In this document: piece by piece, positions 20,818 through 32,300 of the stretch
Position numbering within the stretch: the stretch's first letter is position 1
Layout: the number at the start of each line of letters is the position of its first letter
Origin: an uncultured Verrucomicrobiae bacterium
Lineage (GTDB): Bacteria > Verrucomicrobiota > Verrucomicrobiia > Chthoniobacterales > JAATET01
Length of the DNA stretch: 64,000 nucleotides
Direction of reading: 5' to 3'
Assembly: GCA_963832325.1 (NCBI GenBank)
Contig: CAWHTR010000003.1
Coordinates: forward strand, 6,546 to 70,545
The notes under the pieces: model-generated
What the model was told of the DNA's origin: nothing
What the model saw: only the letters and a program-made list of their open reading frames with translations
The model's database searches: none
Program-made: the position numbers and the translations under genes

Positions 20818-21108
20818 CTAATCCGCTACCGAACGAGCATTTCTCGTTCTCCATGTCGCTTGGATTATCTTCGTAGCCAACGACAACCACTTGGGATCAT
20901 CGCGAAGCTGCTCAATTTCGCTGGCCGAAAACAACTTCGCTGCCTTGCCGCGCGGACTACCTAGTGCTTTCAGCTTCCCCTCGCGCACCAACACACTGAT
21001 CTCCGCTTCGGTCATTCCGAGTAGAATTGCTGCTTCAGCGGCCGAGAGGCGCCCTGGCAACCGAATTGCCATCAACAATTCTGATCTGAGAGCATCTCGG
21101 TTTTTCAT
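20818..21108 (-). CDS. Excisionase/MerR-like HTH protein
   Basis: RLSAAEAAILLGM.EAEISVLVREGKLKALG; located at the island edge. Confidence 0.65.
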   Translation of the reverse strand: MKNRDALRSELLMAIRLPGRLSAAEAAILLGMTEAEISVLVREGKLKALGSPRGKAAKLFSASEIEQLRDDPKWLSLATKIIQATWRTRNARSVAD

Positions 21109-21184
21109 GATAACAACAGAATACCGGAAATGATCATTTCCATACAACCCCCCCACCGTTTACGCGCTTACCATTGAGGCGAGA

Positions 21185-21380
21185 GACCCCTCCGAGGACT
21201 GTCAGTAAATCTGTCAGTAGAACGCTCGTTGTGATTTCCGCAGGATATGAGAGTATACAGCGATATACGTCACAATTTCCTGTCCAACAACATGATATAC
21301 GCCCGATTCCGTCCCCCGCCTCCTTCGCAAATCATTGGACCGCAATGGCTTGCAGGCCATGACCCCTCCAACTGTCAGGC
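21185..21380. other. att-like junction
   Basis: CTGTCAGTA twice (21199, 21211), GACCCCTCC..ACTGTCAG at 21185 and 21361, and a tRNA-3'-like CGATTCCGTCCCCCGCCTCC at 21304-21323. Confidence 0.4.
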
Positions 21381-21677
21381 GGCGTCCCGAAGCCATCGAG
21401 GCGGCCATTGTCACGCTGCTGACGACCTTCTGGGAAACGCCCGTCAATGTAGCCTCACTCGTTGGTTCAGGTTGGCTATCCTCTCGAACAAACTCTTCCT
21501 CCATCGATATTCGTCCTGTTCTTGACTAGACTTGGCCTGAACCGCACCGATTGTCGCCTTCGTCTACCGATTCAACGGTCTGGCCGAGAATTCCCGCAAC
21601 CTCTCCGAGAAGCTCGAGCAGCTCCTTCGCCTCGGTAGTCCCGTAAAAGACAATAAAAAAGCAGTCTCTCTTCCCCA

Positions 21678-22376
21678 TCAGCCCTCGCCGCCGCTCACTC
21701 GCTGCCACGCCTCCGTCCAGCCCCCGTCCTCCCCAAACCAAAACGTCCCCCACCCCACCGCCTTTGCCGGCAGGACGTCATTGTCCTCGCGGTCTCCGAC
21801 CATTAGCACCTCATCCTTCGCGATTCTGCGGTGAGCCAGACGTGCCGAAAGCATCCGAAACAGATGCGGATTCGGCTTCGAGAATCCGTTCTGGAACGAC
21901 CAGGCGCAAAGCTCCGGCTCGAACCAGTCTAGAGCCACCCCGCACTCCTCCAACTCACGAAGCGTGTAAGCCTGCGCGTTCGAAGCAATCCCCAGCACGA
22001 TCCCCCGCTCCCGGCACGCGGCCAAGAAATCGACCGCCCCATCCATTGCTGTTACCGATCTCTGCAGCTGCATGTGCTGATACAAAAACTCAGCCTCACC
22101 CTCCCTGGACAGCGCCCTGAGTTCCGGCAAAAGGCGGCCCATCACGTCCCGCCAGACCACCTCCGGAAATGCCACCCCCAGCCCCCGCGCCACCGAATGA
22201 TCCCGCTCCACCACCGCCCGGCATCCCGCGTTGAACCCCGCCAAACTCAGCACCGGCGTCTCGCCGAACGCCGCTGAATGCAACTCCGCCCACCTCCGTT
22301 CCGGCTCGATTGGCGCCGGCCCCACGTCAACAATCGTCCGATAAACGTCACAGATCACCGCCCTCATTCCGATCAC
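21678..22376 (-). CDS. HAD-superfamily hydrolase/phosphatase
   Basis: DVYRT, ASN, SKPNP and MVGDREDND.PA..GW HAD motifs. Confidence 0.88.
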   Translation of the reverse strand: MIGMRAVICDVYRTIVDVGPAPIEPERRWAELHSAAFGETPVLSLAGFNAGCRAVVERDHSVARGLGVAFPEVVWRDVMGRLLPELRALSREGEAEFLYQHMQLQRSVTAMDGAVDFLAACRERGIVLGIASNAQAYTLRELEECGVALDWFEPELCAWSFQNGFSKPNPHLFRMLSARLAHRRIAKDEVLMVGDREDNDVLPAKAVGWGTFWFGEDGGWTEAWQRVSGGEG

Positions 22377-23944
22377 TCCATCAAAATCGGAAACAGATAC
22401 CCAGCCCCCAATCGCTCCCCGATCATCCGCGTTTGGAGTTCTCCGCCTCCGCGACTACGGGCCGGATCGTGAGAAAACAAATCCCAGAACCGCCCCGCGT
22501 AGGCCCCCACCCCCAACTCCGCTTCCACCCCCGCCGGCCAGCGCGTCGGCCGCAGTTCCCCCATCCATTTGACCAACTCCGGATTCAACCCCGCGCACGC
22601 AGCCCAGGACAGCTCCGGGTCCACCGCCAACACCTCCAACTGCCCAGCCAGCGTCAACCGCCCAAAGGCCACCCGAGGGGTCGCCACCCGCGGGGTCAGT
22701 CCTTTCATTAGCTCAGAATCCTCCGCAAAAAACCACTGCGGCTCCGTCGCCATCCCCCGCACCTCGTCCGGCAATCCCCCGCACCACCGGGCAAAAATCT
22801 CAGCCTGCCGTCCGGCCTCCGCCTCCAGGTCCAGCAATCCAGCTGCAACCCAAACTTCTTCGTATGACTGCGGAAACCCAAGCCCCCAACCCTCCAGATC
22901 CGGCATCACGTTCGGCAGCCGACGCGCCACCAATGGCTTCCCGGCCGCCGCGGCTTCCAGATACGGCAGCCCAAATCCTTCCTGCACCGAAGTCATCACC
23001 ACCGCCTCTGCCGCGCCAACGACTTCCTCCACGGTCGGACACCGCCTCTCCTCATCAATCCCTCCGTCACCCGCCAGCACCGAAAATCGAACCCGCCATC
23101 CACCCTCGCGAGCCGCTTCGTCCAAAGCCCGCGCGTATCCGCTCTCGGCCGCCGAACTCACCCCCGCCGTCGTCACCAACCACCCCTCCGGTCGTAACCA
23201 ACGGTGTAGCAGCACCGCCTCCGCCAGATTCTTCCGCCTCAAAGAGCGAGTCGCCGCCACCCAATACTCCCCATTGATCCCCCAACGCTCACGGAGGCAC
23301 CTCCGGGTCGTTGTTTCCGCCGCCGCGTCGTCAACACCGCTCAATCGGGACACCGGATTCGGCCAGACCTCCGCCCCTTCCAGCCCCCGCGCATCCAGCC
23401 CGTTGATCACGACGTGCCGCAACGCCGGCGAAAAAATCACGTTCCCGATCTCCTCCAGAGATCCCCCACCACCCGCCCGCATCTCCCCCCAGCGCGCCCA
23501 CCGATTCTCGAACCAAAAATCATGGTGATGCGACACGACCCGCGCCCCCGCCTCCGCCCACCGCACCGCCTCCCGCGCCAACCAGAGATTCCGACCCAGT
23601 CCCAAATTATGCGCCCACACCACATCCCCGGCACCGATTCCCCCCCGCATCCGATCAGTGCCAACAGCCGCCTCCGCCACCCCGCCCCCGTACCCACACC
23701 GCGCATCCACCACCAACTCCAGCTCCGCTCCCGCCGCCCTCACCTCAGCCCGCAATCCTGCCACCCAACCCTCCGCACCGCCCTCGCCCACCAGCAGGGT
23801 CACCCGCGGCACTCCCCCCGCCCGCACGATCTCCGGCAACGCCATCTCGATCACGCGCCGAACCCCACCAGGCCTCAGGTGAAAATGCACGACCACCAAA
23901 TGGCTCGAATCCAGCTCACCTGTCCGTTTCACTTTCAACCCCAC
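22373..23944 (-). CDS. GT-B (family 4-like) glycosyltransferase
   Basis: HFHLRPGGVRRVI, HNLGLGRN, HHDF, RRKN..EA and TSVQEGFGLPYLEA. Confidence 0.88.
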   Translation of the reverse strand: MGLKVKRTGELDSSHLVVVHFHLRPGGVRRVIEMALPEIVRAGGVPRVTLLVGEGGAEGWVAGLRAEVRAAGAELELVVDARCGYGGGVAEAAVGTDRMRGGIGAGDVVWAHNLGLGRNLWLAREAVRWAEAGARVVSHHHDFWFENRWARWGEMRAGGGGSLEEIGNVIFSPALRHVVINGLDARGLEGAEVWPNPVSRLSGVDDAAAETTTRRCLRERWGINGEYWVAATRSLRRKNLAEAVLLHRWLRPEGWLVTTAGVSSAAESGYARALDEAAREGGWRVRFSVLAGDGGIDEERRCPTVEEVVGAAEAVVMTSVQEGFGLPYLEAAAAGKPLVARRLPNVMPDLEGWGLGFPQSYEEVWVAAGLLDLEAEAGRQAEIFARWCGGLPDEVRGMATEPQWFFAEDSELMKGLTPRVATPRVAFGRLTLAGQLEVLAVDPELSWAACAGLNPELVKWMGELRPTRWPAGVEAELGVGAYAGRFWDLFSHDPARSRGGGELQTRMIGERLGAGYLFPILME

Positions 23945-24000
23945 CCCGCCAATTCACCATTGGCACTCGAAAATCCGAAATCGAAAATCCAAAAAACTGC

Positions 24001-25212
24001 ATGGCTGACTTCTTCCAAACCGGCTCAATGGCGACCCTCCATCGCCTCGGCACCCCGGACCTCGCCCGCCTCGAATCCGAATTGATCGAATTTTCCACCG
24101 AGCGCCCCCTCGCCCTCGTCCTACCCTGCCACGTCAAGGAACTGGGCACCCCCGCCCTCCGCGACCTCATTGCCGTCCTCAAAGATGTCCCCTACATCCG
24201 GCAGATCGTCGTCGGGATCGACGGGGCCGACGCCAAGGATTGGAAGCGTGCCTGCAAAACCTTCGCCGCCCTTCCGCAGACCACGACCCTCCTCTGGAAC
24301 GACGGCCCCCGCATCAAATCCCTCCTCGAGCGCCTCATCTCTTCCGACCTCGAACCCGGCCCCACCGGCAAAGGCCGGAATCTCTGGCTCTGCTTCGGTT
24401 ACGTGCTCGCCAGCGATCTCGCCCGCGTCGTCGCCGTCCACGACTGCGACATTCTCACCTACGACCGCGCCCTCCTCGCCCGTCTCTTCTACCCCGTCGC
24501 CAACCCCACGCTCGGTTTCGATTTTTGCAAAGGCTACTCCGCCCGCTTCTCCGACAAACTCAATGGTCGCGTCATGCGCCTCCTCGTCACCCCACTCCTC
24601 CGCTCCCTCCAATCCATCCTCGGCGAACACCCCTTTCTCGTCTACATGGACACTTTCCGCTACCCCCTTGCGGGCGAAGTCTCGATGGAAGTCGACATCC
24701 TGCGCCGCACCCGCATCCCCGCCGATTGGGGCGTCGAGATCGGCATGCTCGCCGAGGTCTTTCGCGTCGTCTCCCCCAAAGCCATCTGCCAGGTCGACCT
24801 CTCCGAACGCTACGACCACAAGCACCAGGACATCTCCGCCAAGGACGCCAGCAAAGGCCTCAACAAAATGGCCGTCGACATCGTCAAATGCGTCTTCCGC
24901 ACCCTCGCCGGTCACGGCATCAAGCTCGACCGAGGCCTCTTCGACACCCTCCTTTCCGCCTACGTCAGAAAAGCCGAAGACACCGTCCGCTTCTACGCCG
25001 CCGACGCCGCCATCAACGGCCTGAATTACGACCGCCACCAGGAGGAACTCGCCGTCTCGACCTTCGTCCGAAGCATCCGCGGAGCCAGCCAGGACTACCA
25101 GGATGACCCCCTCGGAGCACCGCTGATTCCCAACTGGAACCGCGTCATCTCCGCCCTCCCCGACTTTTTCGAAACCTTCAACCAAGCGGTCGAGACCGAC
25201 AACCACCCGTAG
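24001..25212 (+). CDS. Glucosyl-3-phosphoglycerate synthase-like glycosyltransferase
   Basis: MADFFQTG..TLH, GKGRNLW, HDCDI, FCKGY, GRVMRL, RYPLAGE, DWGVEIG and YDHKHQ. Confidence 0.85.
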   Translation: MADFFQTGSMATLHRLGTPDLARLESELIEFSTERPLALVLPCHVKELGTPALRDLIAVLKDVPYIRQIVVGIDGADAKDWKRACKTFAALPQTTTLLWNDGPRIKSLLERLISSDLEPGPTGKGRNLWLCFGYVLASDLARVVAVHDCDILTYDRALLARLFYPVANPTLGFDFCKGYSARFSDKLNGRVMRLLVTPLLRSLQSILGEHPFLVYMDTFRYPLAGEVSMEVDILRRTRIPADWGVEIGMLAEVFRVVSPKAICQVDLSERYDHKHQDISAKDASKGLNKMAVDIVKCVFRTLAGHGIKLDRGLFDTLLSAYVRKAEDTVRFYAADAAINGLNYDRHQEELAVSTFVRSIRGASQDYQDDPLGAPLIPNWNRVISALPDFFETFNQAVETDNHP

Positions 25213-25373
25213 GGTAACCGCCCAGCGGGTCTCCCTCGAACCCTCCGAACTGCATTCACTCGGAACCCCGCCCCCTTTCCCTTTGCCCCCACCCCACAAA
25301 GTCCCCTACCTTCCCTCCGCAACAATCCTGTAATTCTCCTAAATCCTGCCCCAAAAATCCAGGACGCCCCGCC

Positions 25374-28300
25374 ATGCCCAAAGACACCAGCATCAAGAAG
25401 ATCCTCCTCATCGGCTCCGGCCCCATCGTCATCGGGCAAGGCTGCGAATTCGACTACTCCGGCGTCCAGGCCTGCAAGGCCCTCAAGGAGGAAGGCTACA
25501 CCGTCGTTCTGGTCAACTCGAACCCCGCGACGATCATGACCGATCCCGAGTTCGCGGATCGCACCTACATCGGCCCATCACGCCCGCCATCGTCGAGAAG
25601 ATCATGGAGCGTGAGAAGCCCGACGCCCTCCTCCCCACCCTCGGCGGCCAGACCGCGCTGAACTGCGCGATGGACCTCTTCCACTCCGGCGCCCTCGAGC
25701 GCCACAACGTCAAGATGATCGGTGCCAACGCCGAAGCCATCCGCCGCGGCGAAGATCGGCAGCTGTTTAAAGACATCATGGTCGAGATCGGCCTCGATAT
25801 TCCCGTCTCCGGCACCGCCCACTCGATGGAAGAAGGCTGGAAGGTCGCCGAAGACATCGGCCGCTACCCGCTCATCATCCGCCCCGCCTACACCCTCGGC
25901 GGCTCCGGCGGCGGCATCGCTTACAACCGCGACGAATTCGAAGAGATCGTCCGCCACGGCCTCGACCTCTCCCCCACCACCGAGGTCCTCATCGAGGAAT
26001 CCCTCCTCGGCTGGAAGGAATTCGAGATGGAGGTCATCCGCGACCGCGCCGACAACTGCGTCGTCATCTGCTCGATCGAAAATTTCGACCCCATGGGCAT
26101 CCACACCGGCGACTCCATCACCGTCGCCCCCATCCAGACGCTCACCGACAAGGAATACCAGGCCATGCGCGACGCCTCGTTCGCCATCATCCGCGCCATC
26201 GGCGTCGAGACCGGCGGATCGAACATCCAATTCTCCGTCGACCCGAAGACCGGTCGCATGATCGTCATCGAGATGAACCCCCGCGTCTCCCGATCCTCCG
26301 CGCTCGCCTCCAAAGCCACCGGTTTCCCCATCGCGAAAATCGCCGCCAAGCTCGCCGTCGGCTACACGCTGGACGAACTCCAGAACGACATCACCCGCGA
26401 GACCCCCGCCTGTTTCGAGCCGACCATCGACTACGTCGTCACCAAGATCCCGCGCTTCACCTTCGAGAAATTCCCCAAGGCCGACGCCACCCTCACCACC
26501 CAGATGAAGAGCGTGGGCGAAGCCATGGCCATCGGCCGCACGTTCAAGGAATCGTTCCAAAAGGCCATCCGCTCCCTGGAAATCGGCCGCTTCGGCTTCG
26601 GCGCGGACGGCAAGGACAAGCCACCGCTGAACCCCGACGGCACCCCCGACGTCGCCCTCATCGAGCAAAAGCTCCGCGTGCCGAATGTCGACCGCATCTT
26701 CTTCATCCGCTACGCCCTCCTCGCCGGCCTCGACATCGACCAGATCCACGCCCTCTCCGGCATCGACCCCTGGTTCCTCCACAATCTCAAGCAGATCGTC
26801 GACGCCGAGACCTGGATGCGCACCACCCCCAGCGGCCTGCCCCTGCGGAAGTTCAAGAAGCTCGGCTTCTCCGATCGCCAACTCGCCTTCATGTGCAACG
26901 ACCAGCCGGAGGCCGAAATGCGCGCCCGCCGGAAGTCCGAAGGCCTCCTCCCAACCTACCGCCTCGTCGACACCTGCGCCGCCGAGTTCGAGGCCTACAC
27001 GCCCTACTTCTACTCGACCTACGGCGACGAAAACGAAATCCGCCCTTCTGACAAAAAGAAGGTCATGATCCTCGGCGGCGGCCCCAACCGCATCGGCCAA
27101 GGCATCGAATTCGACTACTGCTGCGTCCACGCCGCCTTCGCGCTCAAGGACGAAGGCTGGGAGACCATCATGGTCAACAGCAACCCCGAGACCGTCTCCA
27201 CCGACTACGACACCTCGGACAAACTCTTCTTCGAGCCCCTCACCCTCGAAGACGTGCTCAACATCTACGAGGCCGAAGAGTGCGACGCCGTCATCGTCCA
27301 GTTCGGCGGCCAGACCCCGCTCAACCTCGCCGCCGACCTCCAGGCCAACGGCTGCACCATCATCGGCACCCAACCCGCCAGCATCGAAAAAGCCGAGGAC
27401 CGCAAATTCTTCGCCGCCATGTTGGACAAGCTCGGCCTGCAGCAAACCATCGGCGCCACCGCCACCAACGAAGACGAAGCCGTCGCCGTCGCCGACCGCG
27501 TTGGCTACCCCGTCCTCGTCCGCCCCTCCTTCGTCCTCGGCGGCCGCGCGATGGAAATCGTCTACACCGAGTCCAATCTCCGCCAATACCTCAACACCGC
27601 CGTCGAAGCTTCGCCCGAGCGCCCCGTCCTCATTGACCGCTTCCTCGAGGACGCCACCGAGATCGACGTCGACTGCATCACCGACGGCACCGACTGCGTC
27701 ATCGGCGGCGTCATGGAGCACATCGAGCAAGCCGGCATCCACTCCGGCGACTCCGCCTGCGTCATCCCGTCCTTCTCGCTCAGCGACAAAATCCTCGCCG
27801 AGATCAAAGACGCCACCAAGGCCATGGCCAAGGAACTCGAAGTCCGCGGCCTCATGAACGTCCAGTTCGCCGTGAAGGACGACGAACTCTACGTCATCGA
27901 AGTCAACCCCCGCGCCTCCCGCACCGCCCCCTTCGTGTCCAAGGCCATTGGCGTCCCCCTCCCCAAGCTCGCCGCCAAGATCATGGCCGGCAAGACGCTC
28001 AAGGAGCTCGGCTTCCTCGAAGAGATCATCCCGACTCACTTCAGCGTGAAGGAAGCCGTCTTCCCGTTCATCAAATTCCCCGGCACCGACATCACGCTCG
28101 GACCGGAAATGCGATCCACCGGCGAAGTCATGGGCATCGACGCCGACTTCGGCCTCGCCTACGCCAAAGCCCAGATGTCCGCCCAGCCCGCCCTCCCCGA
28201 GAGCGGCAACGTCTTCCTCAGCGTCCGCGACAGCGACAAACCCGCCATCATCCCGGTTGCCAAGGAATTCGCCGAACTCGGCTTCACGCTCTACGCGACC

Positions 28301-28597
28301 GCCGGCACCCAAGCCGCCCTCGCCGAAGCCGGCGTGAAAGCCGAAAACCTCTTCCGCCTCAACGAAGGCCGGCCAAACTGCCTGGACATGATCAAAAACG
28401 GCGAGATCCAGTTCATCATTAATACGCCGTCGGGCACCCAACCCCGGATCGACGAAATGAAAATCCGCTCCCTCGCCGTAGCAAATCGGATTGCCACCAT
28501 GACCACCGTCCGCGGCGCCCAAGCCAGCGTCGCCGCCATCCGGTCACTGAAGGAGAAGCAGCTAGAAGTGAAGAGCCTCCAAGAGTACCACGCGTAG
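25374..28597 (+). CDS. carB: Carbamoyl-phosphate synthase large subunit (apparent 1-bp deletion near 25572)
   Basis: [17 protein letters not shown], two ATP-grasp halves and an MGS domain. ATCGGCCC stands where ATC GAG CCC is expected in YIEP. Confidence 0.97.
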
Positions 28598-28614
28598 GGA
28601 ATTCGAATACAGGA

Positions 28615-28697
28615 TCTCACGCGGAGGCGCGGAGACGCGGAGATATAATGATTCTGAGATTTCCCTCTCCTCCGCGCCTCCGCTTCTCCGCGTGAGA
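28615..28697. repeat. REP-like inverted repeat built from ~9-bp CGCGGAG units
   Basis: TCTCACGCGGAGGCGCGGAGACGCGGAG ... CTCCGCGCCTCCGCTTCTCCGCGTGAGA immediately after carB. Confidence 0.75.
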
Positions 28698-28752
28698 AAA
28701 TCAGGATCACCCCGTTCTTGATCCGCATACACAGTCCGTGCACGGTCTGCGA

Positions 28753-28950
28753 ATGGCCACGAAGACAATCTCCCTCGAACTCGACGCCTACGAGTTGCTC
28801 AAAAACGAGAAGCAATCCGAGCGAGAGTCCTTCTCGATGGTCGTCCGCCGCCTAGCCTCCGAACGCCCCGCGCTAACCGCTGGCGAGCTCGAGAAAGCCA
28901 TGCAGCCCTTCATCGGCAAAGGAGCCGGACGCAAACGTGCGACTGCTTGA
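28753..28950 (+). CDS. VapB-type antitoxin (DUF217-like)
   Basis: MATKTISL..DAYELL..EK...ESFS.VVRRL. Confidence 0.8.
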   Translation: MATKTISLELDAYELLKNEKQSERESFSMVVRRLASERPALTAGELEKAMQPFIGKGAGRKRATA

Positions 28951-29105
28951 CCTACAAAGCCGCCGCAATGCAGTCCCGCCTCCCTCAGCGCCTCGGCGAA
29001 AACGACGCCTGGATCGCCGCCACCGCCCTCGCCTACAACGCCGAGCTCCTCGGCCGCGAACGCGCATTCGCCCGCGTCCCGCGACTGAACTACACGCCGA
29101 TCTGA
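28937..29105 (+). pseudogene. Internally deleted PIN/VapC toxin
   Basis: A GTG-started VRLLD is joined out of frame to LGENDAWIAATALAYNAELLGRERAFARVPRL. Confidence 0.75.
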
Positions 29106-29335
29106 ATTGACCAATCTTCTTCTGAGAAAGGCCCCACGCAACGGAGTGAGTCCGTCAAAACAAATGACCGCCCCCACTTGGCGGGTCTGTCAGAAGTAAT
29201 CGACTGCCCCCATTCTCACACCTTAGCCCCGAACAACCGAAAAAATGCGTTAGAATGAAGGATCGACCTTTTCTCACTTTTGAAGCCGCGGAGTGGGGCG
29301 TGAATCTTGTGATCACGTGAACAACCTTCTGGCAC

Positions 29336-32300
29336 ATGTTTCTTAGCGGCGTCCAGCTTCCCGAGGCAGTCCGTATTGCGTTGGAAGAAGATCGGCTTGT
29401 GATTTTCGCGGGCGCCGGCGTGTCATGTCCGCCGCCTTCAAATCTTCCTCTCTTCAATGGTCTGGCGGCCGAGATATGTTCAGAGTCCGTCGAGCGGGGA
29501 GCTGAGGACCGGCGCTTGGGCGAATACAAACGTAAGACTGGGGCGGACGTGCATGCTCTTGCCGCTCAAATCCTATGCAACCCGACTACGAGGCACACGG
29601 ACCTCCACCGTCACATTGTAAGCGTTTTTCGTTCGCCCGAGAAATTACGCGTCGTCACGACGAACTTCGACGACCACTTCACCGCAGCAGCGCGAAAGGT
29701 TTTTCAAAAACAGCCCGTTCGTGAGTTTCACGCGCCGGCGTTGCCTCTTGGTGATGATTTTTCGGGGCTAGTTTATCTCCATGGATCCGCGCGAATGGAT
29801 TCGCGGGCCCTCGTCTTGACCCAGCCGGATTTTGGTGGTGCATATCTCACTCGCGGGTGGGCAAGGGACTTTCTCGTTCCGCTGTTTTCAACCTTCGATG
29901 TCCTTTTCGTCGGCTACAGCCACACCGACATTACGATGACCTATCTTGCGAGTGGGTTGAAGCGCTCCAACGTTAAAAACCGATGGGCATTCGTGCCATC
30001 GAGCATCTCATCCGATGAGCAGAACGACTGGGATCAGCTCGACATCGATGTGGTGCAATATCCGATCGATCCGACGAACACGGAAAACCCGCATCAAGCT
30101 CTCACGCAGTTCTTTGGTGGATGGGTGAAGCGCCAAAGCGAGAGCCTTCTTCAAAAGGCGAAACGGGTGCGGGCCTTAGCCCGGCAACTGCCACCCGAAG
30201 GCGAGGCGGAAAAAGATTACATCGGGCATTGCTTGAGCACCGAGCGATTGGCGCAGGAGTTTTGTAAACACGTCCGGCATCCGGCGTGGATTGGGTGGCT
30301 CGAGGATAACGGATATTTTGCGACTTTTTTCAGCAGTGGAGTTGTGTCCTCGGAACCGGCACCAGCTTACGACTGGGCAATGATCGACTTGCTTTGCTCG
30401 AAGACGAGAAAGCGTGATCCAGACGTGCTTTTAGAACTACTGCGCAAGCATGACGTGAGGCTTAGCGAGCGATTCGCAGACCGTTTTGCTTGGCATGTCT
30501 GGCGGGAGCAGACGAAAACCCCTGATCCGAATTTTTCGACGTGGGTCACTATCCTCCTTTCAGCCGACGATGGTAGGGGATCGCGAGGTTATCATGCTTG
30601 GCTATTGAGCTCCTGCCGACTGCCCCAGCACCTCGGTATCGCATTAAGGCTGTTCGAGAAACTGTCGACTCCGCATGTGAAGCTTAAGGAGGCATGGAGT
30701 TTTTCATTGGATGAGGAGAGTCGGAAGAAACAGCAAAAGAAGAAGATGGAGTTCGAGATTGAATGGTCAACTTCTCAAGATGCTGAACATTACATCAACG
30801 AGGCTTGGGAAGAGGTGCTCCAACCACATCTGCCGTTAGTTGCCAAAAAACTCGCGCCGATCATCGAGAAGCAGCTCGTCCAAGCGCATTTCTTATTGCG
30901 CGGGGTGAAAGCTGCTGATGGCCGCTACGACGGGACAACATGGCTCCGAAGTTCCATTGCTCGGCACGAACAGAACGATGGGCACTTCGAGAGGACCATC
31001 TCGTGTCTCATCAACATGCTACGAGATATCTTTCTCCACCTTGTCGAACAGGACCCTGCATGGGCTCGTGTAAATGCCGAGACGTGGTGGGAAAGCGACG
31101 TCCCGCTGTTGAAAAGATTCACGGCTTACGCCATGTCTGTCGATCCGCAATACAGTGCCGACGAGCGAATCGAATGGGCCCTAAAGCATAATCTAATTTT
31201 CCGCTCAGGCATGAAGAAGGAGGTCTTCGATGTATTGGAGGCTGGCTTTCCGGGCTCTACGCCACGTATTCGAAAAAAGCTTTTACGGCAGATTGAGCGA
31301 GGCGATCGCGGTCGCGGGGCCAAGGACCTCAGCGCAAACACTCGGGCTTACGAGAGATTCAATGTCTTGGTCTGGCTCATGAGAGCGGATGGCGCATGTC
31401 TCCTCGTGCGAGAGGCGATCGCGAAGATTCAGGTGAATTATCCTGATTTCGCAGAAAGGGACCATCCGAATTTCGACATTTGGCATGGCGGCGGCGCCCG
31501 ATTTTTTGATTCGGCCGAAGACTTCGATTTTCAGGCAATTGTCGCCAAGCCACCGGAGGATTATCTGCGACAAATCCTCGATGCGGACGAAAATTCCGCC
31601 CGCCGAGATCGATGGGACCACTTGGGAAATCTCGCGAATCTCTATGCGCTAGACCGTGAGTGGGGGCGGCGTTTTATGCACGAGGTCGCCGACACCGGAA
31701 AAATCGATCCAGACATGAAGAGCCAGCTTTGGAATGGTGCCTTCTCCGGCTGGCGAAAGATTATCGCTGCCGACGACGATTGGCGATGGCTTTTCGCAAT
31801 CCTCGAGGCACTCCCGCGGGACCGGGAGATTTTTGCAGCGGCGGCGAATTTGATCTCGTCCGGAATTCGGAAAGACAAAGATAGCGCGTTGTCATTTGAG
31901 ATTATCGAGCATGCGGCACTATTTATCGACCACGCATGGCGGCTTTGCTCGGCGGAAAAGGAAAAGCCAGACGATGCTTATAAGGATTGGCTAACCTCCG
32001 CGATCAATCACGTGGGGGGAGAGATCGGGCAATTCTGGATAGAATACTCCCAGCGTTTGCGAGTGCGGGCAGGTGAAGATTGGAAAGGTATTCCGAGTCC
32101 TCTGCGTGCGAATATGGTCAGCGCATTCCGTGGGACGAACCGCACGAGCGCGCATGCTCGGGTCGCGATGACACCAAGTATAGGATATCTGTTCGCATTG
32201 GACCGGAGTTTTGCGGAGGAGCACCTAATCCCACTCTTCGACTGGGAGCGGGATCCGGTCGTGGCCCAACAGACATGGTCGGTCTTTCTGTCTTATGCGA

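Larger units (their letters stand above)
3300..21600. mobile_element. Genomic island / composite integrative element (boundaries approximate)
   Basis: Visibly lower GC than the flanking core genes; contains tyrosine recombinases, an excisionase-like gene, an IS relic and defence-like cargo, with att-like repeats at 21185-21380. Confidence 0.65.

Noticed and set aside
21290-21330. Possible tRNA gene
   Set aside because: Only a 3'-end-like 20-mer; no D or anticodon arm can be folded upstream.
25565-28522. 985-aa minus-strand ORF, and similar long antisense ORFs over gpgS, tolC and the GH1, GT4 and NHL genes
   Set aside because: Antisense shadows of GC-rich genes with biased third positions; no motifs of their own.
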